This document shows, piece after piece, positions 20,304 through 24,000 of a stretch of 24,000 nt of DNA. Position numbers and translations under genes: made by a program. How positions within the stretch are numbered: position 1 is the stretch's first letter; the number at the start of each line of letters is the position of its first letter. This DNA is from Nanobdellota archaeon (GTDB lineage: Archaea; Nanobdellota; Nanobdellia; Woesearchaeales; JAHWHD01). Location of the stretch: positions 17,494 to 41,493 of the forward strand of contig JAYENX010000024.1 of the NCBI GenBank assembly GCA_034722435.1. Direction: 5' to 3'. The notes beneath the pieces were generated by a model. The model was not told the origin of the DNA. It searched no databases and saw nothing but the letters and a program-made list of their open reading frames with translations.

Positions 20304-22022
20304 CTAAATGCTAAATAAATTCATTATCCATTTCACAATCATTGGAATAATTAAAAACAACGACACTACAACAAAAACTACGATTATTCCTTTTTGCCAA
20401 TCCTTTAGCTTTGTTTTTGATAAATATGCTAATGTCATAACACCTCCAATAATTGCTATGATTATTGCTGCAATTAGTAAAGGCTTGTTAAATTGTTCAC
20501 CATTACCAGAATTCTCTCCTCCTTTATTATTTTTACATACTGGATTACCATTGTTTGGTTCACAATATTGATCTACTCCACATGTTTTTATTACTGAAGT
20601 ATTCGTTCCTTCGTTGTTACACTGTTTTATTACTGCTAGTCCACCAATTTCAGAACAATACTTTCTATTTTTTTGACATACCTGTAGTGGATCTGCACAT
20701 GTGGCTATCTTAATTTTTTCCTCTTCACCTGCTGTTTCAAATGTTATCTCACATTCTCCTATTTCTTTTTGTGAAACATCGGAACTCAATTCAAGACTAA
20801 CACTATCTTCCTCATTAGCCTCCAGACTAAATTGAATTGACCTTGTTACTTCAAATTTGTCCCCACATTTTCCATATGCATTCCATGTACCTGCTTCCGT
20901 TCCTATATTTTTTACTGTTACGATAATCTCCCCTTTATCTCCGGTTTTGAAGCATTCACTTTCTCCATTAATAATTTTTAGGTCTGGTTTTGGTGTGTAT
21001 ATACCCAATTTATCAGCCTGTACAAACAATGTTATTGATGGGTTTTGTAGAGGATATTCAATATCCTTTCTTATAACAGCGTTATTTAATGATGATTTTT
21101 CATCTATAGTTCCAAATGTTTGTCTTGTTTTTGCATAGTTTGAATCTGCATTAATATCTCTGACAAATTCTTTTATTCCTTGCTCACTATAATCGTATGA
21201 ATTTCTGTTATATGAAAATTGATTTATTCCTGTTGGTGTCCATGCCTTGTATGCATTTGCAAAGTCTTCATATCTATCCTTACTTATTATACTCCACTGA
21301 CCATCATACATTGCTGTATATGGGGTTTCTGTAGAATAAGGACAGCTTTTCCCTAGATCATAGTTTCCGTTGTAAATAGCATACGTATACCTACCCATTC
21401 CTTGATTACTCTCTTCACTATCAATAGATATACTATCTGTACTCCCATCAGCATTTATGTTAATTGTAGCCTTTGTCCTTATATCTGCCCTGTCAAAAAA
21501 TCCCACTCCATTACGCTCTACTACATATGTTCCAACACATCTTGTTAATCCAACCTTTCTACTAGGTCCTTCTACATCCAACACAGATACACCACACCTT
21601 TCTGCAATTTGGTTGTACCACCAATTTTTATTGTTAAAATCCCCAGTTAAACAATTCCATGCACAAACGTCTAATTTTATTATCTCTTGTGCTTCAGTAT
21701 TTCTTGTTATTGGATATACACATTCTTGATTATCATATCTCACATTAATTGTTAGATCTCTTTGTGTTGTTTCTGAGCCTGTTTTATCGGCAATATCTTC
21801 TGATGTCACCGTTCCATAAGCCGATTGACTCAATCCACCTTGTACAATTGTCATAACCCATGCAGGTCCATTAAGATATGGTATGCTTGATTTTAATTCC
21901 ACCTCATCAAGAGATATTATTGTTCCTCCAATGATTGAAAATGTCCCTGTATACAACAATGCGGTTAATATTACAATAATTGCCAGAATTCCAATGATTA
22001 TGATGTTTTTGTTTAGTTTCAT
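20304..22022 (-). CDS. Cys-rich surface protein, 572 aa, N-terminal anchor/leader and two C-terminal TM segments
   Basis: The leader MKLNKNIIIIGILAIIVILTALLYTGTFSIIGG is paralogous to that of the 368-aa protein. It has 16 Cys, including 7 within the C-terminal ~55 residues of the ectodomain. It contains a CARDB/Ig-like-looking stretch GEIIVTVKNIGTEAGTW. The C-terminus carries LLIAAIIIAIIGGVMTLAYL and IIVVFVVVSLFLIIPMIV. Confidence 0.9.
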   Translation of the reverse strand: MKLNKNIIIIGILAIIVILTALLYTGTFSIIGGTIISLDEVELKSSIPYLNGPAWVMTIVQGGLSQSAYGTVTSEDIADKTGSETTQRDLTINVRYDNQECVYPITRNTEAQEIIKLDVCAWNCLTGDFNNKNWWYNQIAERCGVSVLDVEGPSRKVGLTRCVGTYVVERNGVGFFDRADIRTKATININADGSTDSISIDSEESNQGMGRYTYAIYNGNYDLGKSCPYSTETPYTAMYDGQWSIISKDRYEDFANAYKAWTPTGINQFSYNRNSYDYSEQGIKEFVRDINADSNYAKTRQTFGTIDEKSSLNNAVIRKDIEYPLQNPSITLFVQADKLGIYTPKPDLKIINGESECFKTGDKGEIIVTVKNIGTEAGTWNAYGKCGDKFEVTRSIQFSLEANEEDSVSLELSSDVSQKEIGECEITFETAGEEEKIKIATCADPLQVCQKNRKYCSEIGGLAVIKQCNNEGTNTSVIKTCGVDQYCEPNNGNPVCKNNKGGENSGNGEQFNKPLLIAAIIIAIIGGVMTLAYLSKTKLKDWQKGIIVVFVVVSLFLIIPMIVKWIMNLFSI

Positions 22023-22315
22023 TAGCTTGCCGCCTCCTTAATCCTTAATTCTCCTGCAAATACCATATCAATTCGATCTTTTGAGATGTATGATTGACTT
22101 CTACCAACAAGTCTCAGATTGTAATTAGTTCCATTATAATTCATTGTGTATCTCCATCTCTCCCCACGTTCGTTCATCACATATATCATTGCATACTCGA
22201 CTCCACTTGATTGAGATAAAATTACTCTTATTGCTTGATTTGGATGAGAAGCATGCTTTACATTTGCGTATGCAATCATTGACTCTTCTTCGTATAATTC
22301 TGCTCGATACCTCAT
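22022..22315 (-). CDS. Hypothetical protein, 97 aa
   Basis: Track ORF. GAGGG lies 7 nt upstream of the ATG and there is a TAATG overlap with the downstream gene. The alternative frame 22134..22403 was rejected. Confidence 0.7.
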   Translation of the reverse strand: MRYRAELYEEESMIAYANVKHASHPNQAIRVILSQSSGVEYAMIYVMNERGERWRYTMNYNGTNYNLRLVGRSQSYISKDRIDMVFAGELRIKEAAS

Positions 22316-22413
22316 GATTTTCCCTCAGGATAATAATACCGGGATAACTTATAACTTTTTTCAAACAAGAATGTACCCGGTGTAATCCTTGTTTTATCGC
22401 CAACTTTGGTCAC

Positions 22414-22626
22414 CTACTTCACATATTGGTAAACTAGATAGCCTAGAGCATACAATCCTGCCAGACCTACTGCACCATACACTATACTCAGCACAACTTC
22501 TGGAAACCATTGTAGTAGAAATTCAACTAGATTCCACTTGAATACTCCCACAAGTCCCCAATTGAATGCACCAAGACCTACGAGTAACAATGCTATCTGA
22601 TCGTACCATTTCATTTTTCTTGCCAT
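22414..22626 (-). CDS. DUF378-family small membrane protein, 70 aa
   Basis: IALLLVGLGAFNWGLVGVF...VVLSIVYGAVGLAGLY matches the DUF378 signature as I remember it (iG.lNWGLvG ... riiY.lvGlsgly). Confidence 0.85.
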   Translation of the reverse strand: MARKMKWYDQIALLLVGLGAFNWGLVGVFKWNLVEFLLQWFPEVVLSIVYGAVGLAGLYALGYLVYQYVK

Positions 22627-22635
22627 TTTTTTGCC

Positions 22636-23013
22636 TCATAAAAATTGATCTGGTCCATAGTCTTCTATTTCATCATTAAAATCATCAGCCATCATTTTTG
22701 CTGCATTTGATCTTACGTTTGCCGAAAATTCTGGCGGAGTTTCATGTATTTTTCTATTCGCTCCATCTGGGTAATATCTCGCTGCTGTATCTGTTAGATT
22801 TCTCCATAATATTACAGCTATTTCCTTCTCATATGTACCTTTTTTAATTTTCTTTGCTAGATTTTTTTGTATCGGTATTTTCATCTGATTGTACAATGTT
22901 GCCTCATTGTCCGTAAAAAGATATAACTCCCTTGCTGCTTCTTGATCTTCTGGGTCTTCTAAGTGTCTCTTAATCTGTCTTAATTTCTGCATTTGTCCTT
23001 GTGATACCATCAT
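22636..23013 (-). CDS. Hypothetical soluble protein, 125 aa
   Basis: Track ORF. Its ATG lies immediately after the upstream TGA, with GGAGGA upstream. Confidence 0.75.
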   Translation of the reverse strand: MMVSQGQMQKLRQIKRHLEDPEDQEAARELYLFTDNEATLYNQMKIPIQKNLAKKIKKGTYEKEIAVILWRNLTDTAARYYPDGANRKIHETPPEFSANVRSNAAKMMADDFNDEIEDYGPDQFL

Positions 23014-23256
23014 TCATCCTCCAAATAGTTTTTTCGTCATTTTTTTCCAACTGTATCCAACTATCCATAATCCACCAATTGACAACAATAGAACCAATAA
23101 CCACAAAGTAATTTCATTTTGTATCTGTAGAAATTCTTTTAGAAAATCAATTCCTTTTGTCAATATTGAGAAAATTGCAATACCTGCCGTAGTAATTAAT
23201 ATTGTGCCAATTATTATTCCAAAGATATTCTTATGCACAATTTTTTTTCTTTTCAT
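23014..23256 (-). CDS. Small membrane protein, 80 aa (2 TM)
   Basis: Track ORF. It is the first gene of a unit, with a TATA-like box 24 nt upstream and no SD. Confidence 0.75.
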   Translation of the reverse strand: MKRKKIVHKNIFGIIIGTILITTAGIAIFSILTKGIDFLKEFLQIQNEITLWLLVLLLSIGGLWIVGYSWKKMTKKLFGG

Positions 23257-23280
23257 ATCCTATTTTTCTTGAAGTAATAA

Positions 23281-23288
23281 TATATAAA
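23281..23288 (-). promoter_or_regulatory. TATA-like octamer TTTATATA (minus sense), 24 nt upstream of the ATG at 23256
   Basis: Read directly in the 67-nt intergenic gap 23257-23323. Confidence 0.45.
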
Positions 23289-23323
23289 TGTTTTTTAAGG
23301 AAATTCCTGAAATTTATTGTAAA

Positions 23324-23701
23324 TTACTGTTTAATCCACTCTCCACCTTTACATAGCTTATATTTGTCCATTTCATCTTCTATCTTGTAACATACCTCTT
23401 TTGTTTTGTCTAAGTGATGACAAATCTCTTCTTGTTTTTCGTTTTCAGAACAATAATAAAATACTTCTTTTATTCTTTTGTCAATGAACTTCTTTCCATG
23501 AATCTTATTTAGTTTTGCTCGGTATTTTGTCAAGTCAATATTCATCTTGGCTTTTTGAATTGTAATTGTGTCTGTACCAAATATCTTATACTCAGCATTG
23601 TAAATAAAAGCTTTGTCAGTCTCGGTAATATCAACTTTCATTGCTGACACAGGAAAAGACAATGAAATTATAATAAGTAAAATAAATAAAAGTTTTCGCA
23701 T
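23324..23701 (-). CDS. Secreted protein (125 aa from internal ATG; signal peptide MRKLLFILLIIISLSFPVSA)
   Basis: I trimmed the track ORF 23324..23758 to the ATG at 23701, which overlaps the upstream TAA (TAATG) and gives a canonical signal peptide. The mature C-terminal part has 4 Cys. Confidence 0.75.
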   Translation of the reverse strand: MRKLLFILLIIISLSFPVSAMKVDITETDKAFIYNAEYKIFGTDTITIQKAKMNIDLTKYRAKLNKIHGKKFIDKRIKEVFYYCSENEKQEEICHHLDKTKEVCYKIEDEMDKYKLCKGGEWIKQ

Positions 23702-24000
23702 TATGAACACCCCGTTATTAATCCATCTTTTACTGTTAATGTTGTTCCTGATCCACAAGAACCCGTGTAACCCTGTGTGCCATCTCCTGAATAGTAATCA
23801 TCTGCTTGGAATGTGCCATTTACTTCAAGTAATTTTGATCCGAAGCACCCATCCATACCTATTCCAACAGTTGAGCAACTAACTCCTGCATCAAAAAATG
23901 TTGACCCATCAGGATTAAATACGGTTATATCGTTATTTGTGCCTATGGTTCCATTTACAAGAAGTGTTCCCCACATTCCTAGAGCGCTCATTGCTTCGGT
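23701..24000 (-). CDS. C-terminal part of a fibre-like protein (N-terminus beyond window end)
   Basis: The frame stays open upstream of the track ATG (23991) to position 24000. It is Gly/Thr/Asn-rich and ends ...YYSGDGTQGYTGSCGSGTTLTVKDGLITGCS. From memory this resembles the short C-terminal DG..G.TG...T[VF]..G[IL][IV]T module of many phage fibre proteins. Confidence 0.7.
   Translation of the reverse strand, partial: TEAMSALGMWGTLLVNGTIGTNNDITVFNPDGSTFFDAGVSCSTVGIGMDGCFGSKLLEVNGTFQADDYYSGDGTQGYTGSCGSGTTLTVKDGLITGCS

Larger units (their letters stand above)
1..24000 (-). mobile_element. Part of a virus-/plasmid-like integrative mobile element; element boundaries are not inside the window
   Basis: Intact tyrosine recombinase gene, many small wHTH/RHH/zinc-ribbon ORFs, fibre-like and membrane-anchored structural-type proteins and a transposase remnant. 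There are no housekeeping genes and gene orientation is almost uniform. No flanking att repeats are visible in the window. Confidence 0.6.

Noticed and set aside
9395-22403. Same-strand alternative-frame ORFs: 1485..1712, 9395..9595, 9938..10135, 11959..12327, 17787..18008, 22134..22403
   Set aside because: Each is nested in or heavily overlaps a longer ORF with recognisable features. None has a coupling overlap or SD. The 3' part of 1485..1712 (MKLVEFHEVTEVVDELTVENYHIKVGLNNVTKKHSV from ATG 1595) might be a real 36-aa gene, but I could not support it.
2098-23758. N-terminal extensions of track ORFs: 2098..2208, 10613..10663, 14998..15120, 15482..15493, 20093..20302, 23702..23758
   Set aside because: The extensions overlap the upstream gene in another frame or run through a conserved intergenic motif. 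Internal ATGs give canonical signal peptides and/or 1-4-nt coupled junctions.
812-23882. Plus-strand track ORFs lying antisense to the long minus-strand genes: 200..388, 812..1177, 1703..1915, 1970..2269, 4075..4338, 4670..4855, 6117..6308, 6292..6486, 7635..7847, 8497..8724, 9422..9604, 9626..10123, 10120..10485, 10755..11105, 10870..11067, 11532..11729, 11935..12234, 12830..13333, 14532..14798, 16433..16639, 16951..17202, 17305..17532, 17599..17979, 18231..18536, 19553..19741, 20308..20571, 20857..21138, 21457..21729, 23202..23390, 23613..23882
   Set aside because: They are F/L/I/S/H-rich low-complexity translations, as expected from reading K/N/E-rich AT-rich genes backwards. They lack SD or TATA context and are fully embedded in much longer, better-supported minus-strand ORFs.

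Overview
AT-rich (about 30% GC by eye) 24-kb window with ~45 tightly packed genes, all but two on the minus strand. They sit in long operons whose neighbours often share 1-4 nt start/stop overlaps (ATGA, TAATG, TGATG). The content looks like a virus- or plasmid-like integrative mobile element, not housekeeping chromosome. (i) 1-3600: small unknown proteins plus a 351-aa winged-helix protein bracketed by a 20-bp AT-rich palindromic motif that occurs three times. (ii) 3667-13686: a ~10-kb operon encoding almost only exported or membrane-anchored proteins. In transcription order these are a compositionally atypical abundant-looking 362-aa protein, a CPBP-family intramembrane protease, Cys-rich anchored proteins, and a 751-aa protein with a Cys-rich head, 26 tandem 14-residue coiled-coil repeats and a C-terminal anchor. 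Then come a TM-anchored JAB/MPN-like protein, a tail-fibre-like 615-aa protein, one small soluble protein, and a sequon-rich type-I glycoprotein. (iii) 14515-19419: many small zinc-ribbon, RHH and wHTH proteins, an intact tyrosine integrase, and a frame-disrupted remnant resembling the C-terminus of an IS200-type transposase. (iv) 19477-24000: a second module of small membrane proteins (one DUF378), a 572-aa Cys-rich doubly anchored protein and the C-terminus of a second fibre-like protein that runs off the window. I saw no rRNA, tRNA, CRISPR array, polymerase, ATPase, terminase, portal or recognisable capsid gene. First genes of transcription units carry a TATA-like octamer ending 22-26 nt upstream of an ATG with no Shine-Dalgarno, while internal genes have strong GGAGG/GGTGA sites. 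This, with dense N-glycosylation sequons and the small RHH/zinc-ribbon repertoire, points to an archaeal host, but that is inference, and the hairpin+T-run terminators would also fit a bacterium. The best candidates for something new are the exported-protein operon with its embedded CPBP protease, the N-terminal leader (IGIL-x12-GTFS-xx-G) shared by its substrates-to-be, and the 14-residue-repeat stalk protein. All functional calls rest on motifs read by eye; no database search was possible.
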